From an uncultured Solirubrobacteraceae bacterium (GTDB lineage Bacteria > Actinomycetota > Thermoleophilia > Solirubrobacterales > Solirubrobacteraceae), in assembly GCA_964588985.1 (NCBI GenBank), contig CAZPQW010000004.1:32001-96000 (forward strand): a DNA stretch of 64,000 nt. Direction: 5' to 3'. The notes beneath the pieces were generated by a model, which worked only from the letters and a program-made list of their open reading frames with translations, did no database searches and had not been told where the DNA came from. The position numbers and the translations under genes were made by a program. Positions 8,803 through 17,030 of this stretch are shown piece by piece (positions within the stretch are counted from its first letter, which is position 1; the number at the start of each line of letters is the position of its first letter).

Positions 8803-9579
8803 CTAGATCCGGCTGATCTTCGCCACGACGTAGCTGCTGGTGAGCCGAAATCCGTCCGCGACCTCATTGGCTGACTCGTAGACCTCGAGGGCGCGGGCGC
8901 GCATCGTGTCCATCTCTCCGCCGGGCTCGAGCGCCGCTCGCGCGGCGAGCCACAGAGGGTGGTTGTTCAGCTCCATCTCGAGGAACTCCCGTGGCGAGTC
9001 GGCGGTGAACGCGAGCTCGTGCTGCGAGAGCTCCACGTCGAAGCCGAAGGGTGTGAAGAGGCTGTCGAGCGCGTCCTGCTCGTGCCAGGCGAAGGGCAGC
9101 GGCCCCGGTGGCGTGTGCGACGCGGCGGCTATCAGCTCCCGTCGCGCCTGCATGATCTCGGACAGCGCGCCGCCGGGTATCCAGGCGCACAGCGCCATTC
9201 GTCCCGCGGGCGCGGTCACCCGTGCCATCTCCGCGGCGGCGGCGGATGCGTCGGGGGCGAAGATCGCGCCGAACACGGACACCACCACATCGGCGCTGCC
9301 ATCTGGAAGCGGCAGCGACGCTGCGTCCCCCGGCAGGAACGCGATATCGAGTCCGCGCGCGGCGGCCTCGGTGCGAGCGACCTCGAGCAGGCGCGGCGCG
9401 GGGTCGACTCCGGTGACCCGCGCGCCGCGAGCGGCCGCGAGCAGCGCCGCGTTGCCGGTGCCGCAGCCAACGTCCACAAGGTGCTCGCCCTCGTGGGGCG
9501 CGGCCGCCTCGATCGCGGCCTCCGCCGCCGGCGCCAGTTCGACGGCCGTGTGCTCGTAGCTGCCGATGCCCCAGTCCAT
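8803..9579 (-). CDS. class I SAM-dependent methyltransferase
   Basis: VDVGCGTGN motif, GDA.SLP, DVVVSVFG. Confidence 0.9.
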   Translation of the reverse strand: MDWGIGSYEHTAVELAPAAEAAIEAAAPHEGEHLVDVGCGTGNAALLAAARGARVTGVDPAPRLLEVARTEAAARGLDIAFLPGDAASLPLPDGSADVVVSVFGAIFAPDASAAAAEMARVTAPAGRMALCAWIPGGALSEIMQARRELIAAASHTPPGPLPFAWHEQDALDSLFTPFGFDVELSQHELAFTADSPREFLEMELNNHPLWLAARAALEPGGEMDTMRARALEVYESANEVADGFRLTSSYVVAKISRI

Positions 9580-9581
9580 CG

Positions 9582-11027
9582 TCAGCCCGAGACCTGTCGC
9601 GCGCCGGCGGAATGCGCGCGGCTGTCACGCGAGGCGATCATCACGACCGTCAGCAGCGCGCCGAGCAGCGCGAAGCCCGCGCCGACGAGGAACGCGCGCT
9701 CGAAGCCCTTCGTGAGCGCGACCGCGACGCTGTGGCCGCCCGCGTGCAGGACGTCTTTGGTGCGGCTGTTGGCGACCGTCGCGAGGATCGCCAGGCCGAG
9801 CGCTCCGCCGATCTGCTGGGCGGTGTTGACGAGGCCGGAGGCGAGCCCCGCCTCGTGCGGGTCGGTGCCGCTGACGGCGGCGATCGTGACCGGCACGAAC
9901 GACAGGCCGAGGCCGAACGCGGCGATCACCGACGGCCCGAGTACGTCGCCCGTGAACGATCCGCCGGGCGCGCGCACACGCGAGAACCAGAACAGGCCGC
10001 CGGCTATCAGCAGCAGGCCGCTGAGCAGGATCGGCTTGAAGCCGAACCGCGTGACCGCCACCGAGGCGCCGGCGGCGGAGGCGATGATCCCGACCGACAG
10101 CGGCAGGTAACACAGCCCTGTCTTCAGGGCGGAGTAGTGAAGCACGTCCTGCATGTAGAGCGAGATGAAGAAGAACATCGAGAACAGCGACATGCCGATC
10201 AGCAGCGCGACGGCGTTCGCGCCCCGCAGCGTGCGCAGGCGGAAGATCGTGAATGGCATCAGCGGCGCGCGCTGGCGCACCTCGATCGCGAGAAACGCGA
10301 CCAGCAGCGCGACCGCGCCGGCGATCTTGGCGAGCGTCGCGGTCGAGCCCCAGCCGACGTTGACCGCGTCCACGAGCGCGTACACGAGCAGCGCCAGGCC
10401 GGCGGTGACGGCTATCGCGCCGGGGATGTCGAACGTGCGCGCCTCGCCCTCTGCGCGGCTTTCGCGGATCACGCGCGGCGCGAGGAACGTGCACAGGAAG
10501 CCGATCGGCACGTTCACGAACAGCACCCAGCGCCAGCTCAAGCCGCTCGTGAGGATGCCGCCGAGCAGCACCCCGGCGGCGCCGCCCGCGCCCGCGACGG
10601 CGCCCCACACGCCGAGCGCCTTGTTGCGCTCCTCGCCGTCGGCGAACGTGGTGGTGATGATCGACAGCGCCGCCGGGGAGACGATCGCTCCCCCGAGGCC
10701 CTGCACGGCACGCGCGGCGATCAGCCACGCCTCCGACTGCGCGAAGCCTCCGGCGAGCGACGCCACCGAGAACAGCACGAGGCCGGTCATGAACATGCGC
10801 CTGCGGCCGAGCAGGTCAGCCATCCGCCCGCCGAGCAGCAGGAAGCCGCCGAACGTGAGCGTGTAGGCGTTGACGACCCACGAGAGGTCGTCCTGGGAGA
10901 AGCTCAGCGCGCGGCCGATCGACGGCAGCGCGACGTTGACGATCGACGCGTCGATCACGAGCACGAACTGCGTCATCGCGAGCAGCAGCAGCGCGAGTTT
11001 CTTCATCCGCGGGGTGTCGAGCGGCAT
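9582..11027 (-). CDS. MFS transporter, DHA2 (EmrB/QacA) family
   Basis: D.SIVNVALPSI, WVVNAYTL, GGRMADLLGRRR, WRWVLFVNVPIG; start 11027 or 11006. Confidence 0.93.
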   Translation of the reverse strand: MPLDTPRMKKLALLLLAMTQFVLVIDASIVNVALPSIGRALSFSQDDLSWVVNAYTLTFGGFLLLGGRMADLLGRRRMFMTGLVLFSVASLAGGFAQSEAWLIAARAVQGLGGAIVSPAALSIITTTFADGEERNKALGVWGAVAGAGGAAGVLLGGILTSGLSWRWVLFVNVPIGFLCTFLAPRVIRESRAEGEARTFDIPGAIAVTAGLALLVYALVDAVNVGWGSTATLAKIAGAVALLVAFLAIEVRQRAPLMPFTIFRLRTLRGANAVALLIGMSLFSMFFFISLYMQDVLHYSALKTGLCYLPLSVGIIASAAGASVAVTRFGFKPILLSGLLLIAGGLFWFSRVRAPGGSFTGDVLGPSVIAAFGLGLSFVPVTIAAVSGTDPHEAGLASGLVNTAQQIGGALGLAILATVANSRTKDVLHAGGHSVAVALTKGFERAFLVGAGFALLGALLTVVMIASRDSRAHSAGARQVSG

Positions 11028-11147
11028 CGGCCCTGAGCATATGGGCTTACGCTGCGGATGCTGGAGGGAGCCGTCGCGTGACCGGGAGGGATCGGGGCGG
11101 GAATCGCCGGACGTCGAGGGGCGCGAGGCTAAAGAGGGAGAAATCGC

Positions 11148-11912
11148 ATGCACTCAAACGACCGGGCGCCCGCGAGGGCGGCCCTCAGGCGGAGGAAGCT
11201 GCTGGGAGGTGGCGTGATCGCGGTGCTGGCATGGCTCGCGTTCGCGGCGGTGGCGCCCGCGACCGGGCTGGCCTGCTCGAACGTCGAGTTCATCGGCGTG
11301 CGTGGCTCTGGAGAAAGCTATTCGGGCAACTTCGGGATGGGGAATCAGATAGGGGCGATGTACGAACGGGTGCTGGCGCGCAAGCCGTCCGGTCAGACGC
11401 TCCAGTCCTACGGCCTGGAATATCCGGCGGTGAACGTCGCCGAATGGTGGAAGGCGATCCTCTACTACCCGAGCGTGTGGGAAGGCGACTCGCATCTGGA
11501 AGGTCGCGTCAAAGGCGACGCGGCGGCGTGTCCGAGCATGAAGATCCTGATCGCCGGTTTCTCGCAGGGCGCGCACGTTGTGGGAGACACGATCGAAAAT
11601 CTGGCGAACAAAAACGACAGCTCGCTGTCGCACGTCTACGGCGTCGCCCTGTACGGCGACCCGCGCTTCAGCAAGGACGACACCGCCACGGCGCGCGGCA
11701 ACTACAGCCCCGAACACTGGGGCATCCTCATCGCGCGCGGCAACTACTCGTCGAAAATCAACAACCGGCTCGGAGACTGGTGCAGGCTCAAAGACGCCAT
11801 CTGCCAGGGCTTCAACGCGGGAGACACCGAACACCACGAGTACAAGAACTACGAAGGCGGGCTGTTCCTACAACAGGGAGCGGAAATGATGTTCAGCCAT
11901 ATCGGCTGGTAG
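11148..11912 (+). CDS. secreted cutinase-family esterase
   Basis: Signal peptide, C..VEFIGVRGSGE, GFSQGA nucleophile elbow, GDP, C...D.IC..H. Confidence 0.88.
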   Translation: MHSNDRAPARAALRRRKLLGGGVIAVLAWLAFAAVAPATGLACSNVEFIGVRGSGESYSGNFGMGNQIGAMYERVLARKPSGQTLQSYGLEYPAVNVAEWWKAILYYPSVWEGDSHLEGRVKGDAAACPSMKILIAGFSQGAHVVGDTIENLANKNDSSLSHVYGVALYGDPRFSKDDTATARGNYSPEHWGILIARGNYSSKINNRLGDWCRLKDAICQGFNAGDTEHHEYKNYEGGLFLQQGAEMMFSHIGW

Positions 11913-12744
11913 GAGCCTTTGGTGGTCGGCGGTGCGCAATCGCGCCGTCGACCACCGAGCAGGCCCGCGCCCGCACGACCTCGGCCACCGCGGCCGGGTC
12001 GTCGTAGAACGGCACGTGCCCGGCGCCGAGCGTCACGTGCGTGGCCCACGGCAGCAGCTTGCGCGCGCGCGGCGCCTGCAGGCGGTAGGGCAGCAGCCGA
12101 TCCTTCTTGCCCCACGCGATCGTCACGGGCGTGCCGCGCAGCTCTTCGGGCGCGTCGAAGCGGTAGTGGCGAAACGCGTCGAGCGCGTCCGCGAGCACGG
12201 GTGATGCCCACGCGTCCGTGAGCGTGGCGACGGCCTCCTCGGCGGGCAGTCGTGTGGGGTAGCCGAAGGTCTGGGAGAACAGCGCGACGCGACCGGTGCG
12301 CGTGCGCGCGAGCGCCGCCACGAGCGGACGTGCGGGGCTCGGAATCGCGCCGATCGCTCCGAGTGAGATCTGGCAGAAGCGCAGCTCGGGCGCGGTCCAG
12401 AAGCCTGCGGGGGAGAGCGCGGTGGCGGACTGCACGGCGCGCCGGCGCGCGAGCTCGAGCGCGATCGCGCCGCCCATCGAGTTGCCCGCCACGTGCGGGC
12501 GCTCGAGCCCCAGCTCGGCGAAGAACCACTCGAACGCGTCCACGTAGGCGGGAATGGTCGGCTCGATCCCCGTGGTCAGGGGCGCGGAGCGGCCGAACCC
12601 GGGGGAGTCGCACGCGATCACGTCGAACTCGCGCGCGAGCGTTCCGATCACGGGCTTCCACGCCTGCCAGTGGTGTCCGATTCCGTGCAGGAGAACGAGC
12701 GGCGGGCCTTCGCCCTCGCGGTGATGGTTGATCGAGGCGCTCAT
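11893..12744 (-). CDS. alpha/beta hydrolase
   Basis: LLHGIG, D.PGFG.S, GNSMGG, WG..D, GHVP; ATGA overlap with GMC gene. Confidence 0.9.
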   Translation of the reverse strand: MSASINHHREGEGPPLVLLHGIGHHWQAWKPVIGTLAREFDVIACDSPGFGRSAPLTTGIEPTIPAYVDAFEWFFAELGLERPHVAGNSMGGAIALELARRRAVQSATALSPAGFWTAPELRFCQISLGAIGAIPSPARPLVAALARTRTGRVALFSQTFGYPTRLPAEEAVATLTDAWASPVLADALDAFRHYRFDAPEELRGTPVTIAWGKKDRLLPYRLQAPRARKLLPWATHVTLGAGHVPFYDDPAAVAEVVRARACSVVDGAIAHRRPPKAPTSRYG

Positions 12745-14315
12745 GTCGCGTCCCGGATGACGTCCGCGGCTTTCTCGGCGATCATGATCGTGGGGGCGTT
12801 GGTGTTGCCGCCGACGATGCTCGGCATGATCGACGCGTCCACCACGCGCAGCGCCTCGATGCCGTGGACCCGCAGCTGCGAGTCGACGACGGCCTGTTCG
12901 TGCGTGTCGCTCATCCGCGCGGTGCCCACGGGGTGGTAGATCAGCATGAGGCGCCTGCGCAGGTCGGCTTCGAGCTGCTCGCGGTCGACTGTGTCGGCGC
13001 CTGGCTTGAGCTCTTTGACGGTGTGCGCGGCGAGCGGGGCCTGGGCGGCGATCTCGCGCGCGAGGCGCATCCCGGCGAGCAGCGACTCGACGTCGTCGGG
13101 CTCGGACAGGGTGTTGGTGATGATCCGCGGCTTGTCGGTGGGGTCGGCCGAGCGCAGCCACACCTGCCCGCGCGCCTTCGGCGAGACGAGCACCGGCGCG
13201 ATCACCATGCAGTGCCCGTCGTATTCCTCCGCCCCGTGGTCTTCGAAGTAGGCGGCGCCCATGTGGAACTGGATGTCCGCGGCCGGCAGCCCGCCGCGGG
13301 TGCGCGTGAACGCGACCACCTCCGCGACGGTCGAGCTGAGCTTGCCGGTTTTGCGCAGCAGCCACTCCGCGAGCGGCTTCGGCTTGTCGGCGCCGTAGAG
13401 GCTGTCGCTGCCGGAGATCTCCCAGATCGCGGTCACGAACGGGTGATCCTGCAGGTTGCGCCCCACGCCGGGCAGCTCGTGGCGGGCCTGCACGCCCGCG
13501 CCGCGCAGCTCCTCGCCCGCGCCGATCCCCGACAACAGCAGCAGCTGCGGCGAGCCGATCGCGCCGGCGGACAGCAGCACCTCGCGCGCGGCGCGGACGA
13601 CCTCCTCGCCGCGGCGGCCCTTGCGCACGCGCACGCCGATTGCACGCGCGCCGTCGAGCTCCACGCCCAGCACCGTGACGCCGGTGCGGATCTCGAGGTT
13701 CGGCCGGGTGCGCGCGGGTCGCAGGTAGGCATCGGCGGCGCTGAAGCGCTTTCCGTCCTTCTGCGTCACCTGGAACATCGACGCGCCGTCCTGCTCGGGG
13801 CCGTTGTAGTCGGCGATGCGCGGGATCCCGGCAGCTTCGCTGGCGCTCAACAGCTCGCGGCACAGCGGCCGCGGTGAGCGCTGCTCGCTGACGCGCAACG
13901 GGCCGCCGGCGCCGTGGTACTCCGACGGGCCTCGCACGTTGTCCTCGGACTTGAGGAAGTACGGCAGCACGTCCGCGTAGCCCCATCCGGGGGCGCCCTG
14001 CGCCTCCCAGCCGTCGTAGTCGAGCGGGCGTCCGCGCACGTAGAGCATCGCGTTCATCGAGCTGGAGCCGCCGAGCGCCTTGCCGCGGGGGATGTAAAGC
14101 GAGCGCCCGTCGACGTGCGGCTCGGGCTCGGTGGCGAAGTCCCAGTCGAGCTTGGTGTGGAACTGCTGCGGGAACGCGGCGGGGATCTTGATCTTCAGCG
14201 AGCGGTCGGCGCCACCGGCCTCGAGCAGCAGCACGCTCACCGTCGGGTCCTCCGAGAGGCGGTTGGCGAGCACGCAGCCCGCCGAGCCGGCTCCGACGAT
14301 CACGTAGTCGTACAT
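12741..14315 (-). CDS. GMC oxidoreductase (choline/alcohol dehydrogenase-like)
   Basis: YDYVIVGAGSAG, RGKALGGSSSMN, GAIGSPQLLLLSGIG, HPVGT, NTNAPTIMIAEKA. Confidence 0.95.
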   Translation of the reverse strand: MYDYVIVGAGSAGCVLANRLSEDPTVSVLLLEAGGADRSLKIKIPAAFPQQFHTKLDWDFATEPEPHVDGRSLYIPRGKALGGSSSMNAMLYVRGRPLDYDGWEAQGAPGWGYADVLPYFLKSEDNVRGPSEYHGAGGPLRVSEQRSPRPLCRELLSASEAAGIPRIADYNGPEQDGASMFQVTQKDGKRFSAADAYLRPARTRPNLEIRTGVTVLGVELDGARAIGVRVRKGRRGEEVVRAAREVLLSAGAIGSPQLLLLSGIGAGEELRGAGVQARHELPGVGRNLQDHPFVTAIWEISGSDSLYGADKPKPLAEWLLRKTGKLSSTVAEVVAFTRTRGGLPAADIQFHMGAAYFEDHGAEEYDGHCMVIAPVLVSPKARGQVWLRSADPTDKPRIITNTLSEPDDVESLLAGMRLAREIAAQAPLAAHTVKELKPGADTVDREQLEADLRRRLMLIYHPVGTARMSDTHEQAVVDSQLRVHGIEALRVVDASIMPSIVGGNTNAPTIMIAEKAADVIRDAT

Positions 14316-14322
14316 CCCCGGA

Positions 14323-15858
14323 TCAACCCTCCTGTGCGGTGGGGGAGCCGACTGCGCTCACCCTGTCGGGCAGCGGCGCGAAGCGGTACTCGCCCGCGTC
14401 CAGCTGCTTGGTCTGCGCGAGGTACTCGCGCATGTAGCCGGGCCAGTTGGTGACGATCCGCCCGCGCTCGTCGCGATACCAGGAGTCGCACTGCGTCCAC
14501 GCGGTGCCCGCGAAGCGCGCCTGCAGCGCGCGGTCGCTCGCGGCCTCGACCTCGGGGCGCACCTCGATCGAGCCGGCGCCGCGGGCGCGCATCTGCAGCA
14601 GCGCCTGACGGATGTAGGCGGCCTGCGCCTCGAGGTAGACGAGGATCGAGCCGCCGGAGGTATTCGTGTTCGGCCCGTACATCACGAACATGCTGGGGAA
14701 GCCGGGCACGGTAATGCCGAGGTGGGCGTGCGCGCCGCCGGACCACAGCTCGCGCAGGCTGCGCCCGTCGCTGCCGTGGATCTCCATCGGGAACATGAAG
14801 TCGGTCGTCTTGAAGCCGGTGGCCCAGATCAAGCAGTCGAGCTCGTGACGCGTCCCGCCGGCGGTGACGACGCCGGTCGGCTCGATGCGCTCGATCGCGT
14901 CGGTCACCAGCTCCACGTTGGCGCGCTGCAGGGCGGGCAGGAACAGCGAGCTGAAAAGCACGCGCTTGCAGCCGAACGTGTAGTCGGGCCACGCGCGGCG
15001 GCGGATGTCCGGGTCCTCGAGCTGCGAGCGCATGAACGCGCCGGAGCGCCACGCTCCCACCCGCCCGAGCGTGCGCGGGTGGCGGATCGTCATCGTGAGG
15101 CCCTCGGTGTAGAGGAACACGAACCCGCGCCGCAACGACTGCAGGCCCGGGATCCGCTCGACGGCGCGCTTGACGAAACCGGGGTATGGACGGTTCTTGC
15201 GCGGCATGAACCAGTTGGCGGAGCGCTGGAAGACCGTCAGGCGCTCGACTTCGGGCGCGATCTCGGGGACGAACTGCACGGCGCTCGCGCCGGTGCCGAC
15301 GACGGCGACGCGCTTGCCAGCGAGCGGGTACTCGTGGTCCCATTCGGCGGAGTGGAAGCTCCTGCCGGCGAACGTGTCCGCGCCCTCGATCCGGGGCGTC
15401 GCGGGCTGGTCGAGCTGGCCGGTGGCGATCACCAGAGCGTCGGCCTCGTACGTCTCGCCGCCGGCCGTCTCGATGCTCCAGCGACAGCTCGCGTCGCTCC
15501 AGCTGCAGGAGGTGACGGTGACGTTCGTATGGATCAGCTGATCGACGCGGAGCGCGTGCGCGACCTCGTGCAGGTAGGAGAGGATCTCCGTCTGCGGCGA
15601 GCACAGTCGCGACCAGTCGGTCCGCTGTGCGAAGGAGTAGGAGTAGAGGTGGCTCGGGACGTCGCACGCCGCGCCGGGATAGCTGTTGTAGAGCCAAGTT
15701 CCGCCGAGGTCCGGACCCTTCTCGAGGATCGTGACGTCGGTGATGCCGTAGCGGCGCAGCTCGATCGCGGCGGCGATCCCGCCGAAGCCCGCGCCGACGA
15801 CGATGACCTGCAGAGGGCGCTTGGACGACGGCTGTGGGCGAACGGCTGCCGCGGACAT
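14323..15858 (-). CDS. Baeyer-Villiger-type flavin monooxygenase
   Basis: GAGFGG, GGTW..NSYPGAACD, FAGRSFHSAEW fingerprint, GTGASA. Confidence 0.93.
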   Translation of the reverse strand: MSAAAVRPQPSSKRPLQVIVVGAGFGGIAAAIELRRYGITDVTILEKGPDLGGTWLYNSYPGAACDVPSHLYSYSFAQRTDWSRLCSPQTEILSYLHEVAHALRVDQLIHTNVTVTSCSWSDASCRWSIETAGGETYEADALVIATGQLDQPATPRIEGADTFAGRSFHSAEWDHEYPLAGKRVAVVGTGASAVQFVPEIAPEVERLTVFQRSANWFMPRKNRPYPGFVKRAVERIPGLQSLRRGFVFLYTEGLTMTIRHPRTLGRVGAWRSGAFMRSQLEDPDIRRRAWPDYTFGCKRVLFSSLFLPALQRANVELVTDAIERIEPTGVVTAGGTRHELDCLIWATGFKTTDFMFPMEIHGSDGRSLRELWSGGAHAHLGITVPGFPSMFVMYGPNTNTSGGSILVYLEAQAAYIRQALLQMRARGAGSIEVRPEVEAASDRALQARFAGTAWTQCDSWYRDERGRIVTNWPGYMREYLAQTKQLDAGEYRFAPLPDRVSAVGSPTAQEG

Positions 15859-15917
15859 GCGGCTCCTCCCTCATGGACGTTACGTATTGCTGAGGTCAAA
15901 CCTTATGCCCTACGCGC

Positions 15918-17009
15918 TCACGGCGAGTGCGCGAGCAGTCTCGCGGCCACCCCTTCGATGGTCTCCTCGCCGTAGGCCATCGACGGGTCGCCGTCGGTGA
16001 ACACCGCCACGCTGAAGGTCGTCCCAGGCCGCTCCAGTCGCGCGGCCTCGTTGAACAGCCCCTGCGAGGGCAGCGCGCCGGTCTTGAAGAACACCTGCCA
16101 CCGCGGTCGCGCGATCGGCGGAAAGCCCCAGCTCTGTGACGGCTCGATGCCGGCCAGGAGGCCGCGCGCGTAGGCGTAGAAGCGCCGTGGGATCAACCGT
16201 TCGAGCGCGAAGAAGAGGCGCGCCTGATCGGCGGCGCTGCTCTGCGTGTAGGCCCACCAGCCAACGCCGGGCGCATAGTCGGTCATGCCCGATTCCCGCG
16301 CCACGCGTGCGATCGCTGCGTTTCCGATGATCGCGAACACCGCCGAGGCGGCTTCGTTGTCGGAGATGTGGATCATCGGATAGAGCAACGCGTTGTCGGC
16401 GCTCGAGAGGTCGCGGTGGCGGGCGCTGAGCATCTGCAGGTAGGCGACGAGGAACATCACCTTGACGACGCTCGCGGTCTCGAAGTGCTCGCGCAGGTTC
16501 AGGCCGCTCAGCCTGCCGGTGCTGTCCATCACGGCGAAGGACGTGCGTCCCGCGCGGCTCGCGAGGAAGCCGCTCGCGGCGGCGATCGCCTCGGTCGACG
16601 GGTAGGGCTCCGCGGGCTCGCCGCTGCCTTGGCCTTCGTACTCGAGCGTCGTGCCGCGTGGACATCCCCGCTGGCCTCGCTGGAGTTTCGTTCCCGACGC
16701 CCAACCTGGGCGCAGGCAGATTCGGTAGACGAATCGCCTCGCGGGCGGGTCGAAGATCGCGCTGGCGTAGGTGAGACCGGGTGAGAGCTCGCGCGTGGAG
16801 GTGACGGCCGCGAGTCCGAACGCGTGCTTGCCGCGTGGTCTCACGAACCACGAGACCTTCGTCGGCTCGCCGCCGGCCGCCTGCACCGCGTGTCCGAGAC
16901 GGATCGCGATGCGCGTATGGCCGGGGCCGAGGTCGTGCACGCCGATCGCGGCGCTGCTGACGGCGCTGATCGGCGAGATCGAGAGCGTCGTGAGGAGCAG
17001 CGCGAGCAC
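15918..17009 (-). CDS. secreted serine hydrolase, class A beta-lactamase-like fold, with extra N-terminal domain
   Basis: SVVK (SxxK), SDN, KTG motifs; TAATCT 6 nt before GTG. Confidence 0.8.
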   Translation of the reverse strand: MLALLLTTLSISPISAVSSAAIGVHDLGPGHTRIAIRLGHAVQAAGGEPTKVSWFVRPRGKHAFGLAAVTSTRELSPGLTYASAIFDPPARRFVYRICLRPGWASGTKLQRGQRGCPRGTTLEYEGQGSGEPAEPYPSTEAIAAASGFLASRAGRTSFAVMDSTGRLSGLNLREHFETASVVKVMFLVAYLQMLSARHRDLSSADNALLYPMIHISDNEAASAVFAIIGNAAIARVARESGMTDYAPGVGWWAYTQSSAADQARLFFALERLIPRRFYAYARGLLAGIEPSQSWGFPPIARPRWQVFFKTGALPSQGLFNEAARLERPGTTFSVAVFTDGDPSMAYGEETIEGVAARLLAHSP

Positions 17010-17030
17010 GCGCGCAGATTAGTGCTTGGG

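Noticed and set aside
15918-17009. Bona fide beta-lactam resistance gene
   Set aside because: No evident Glu166 omega-loop motif; fold membership alone is not enough
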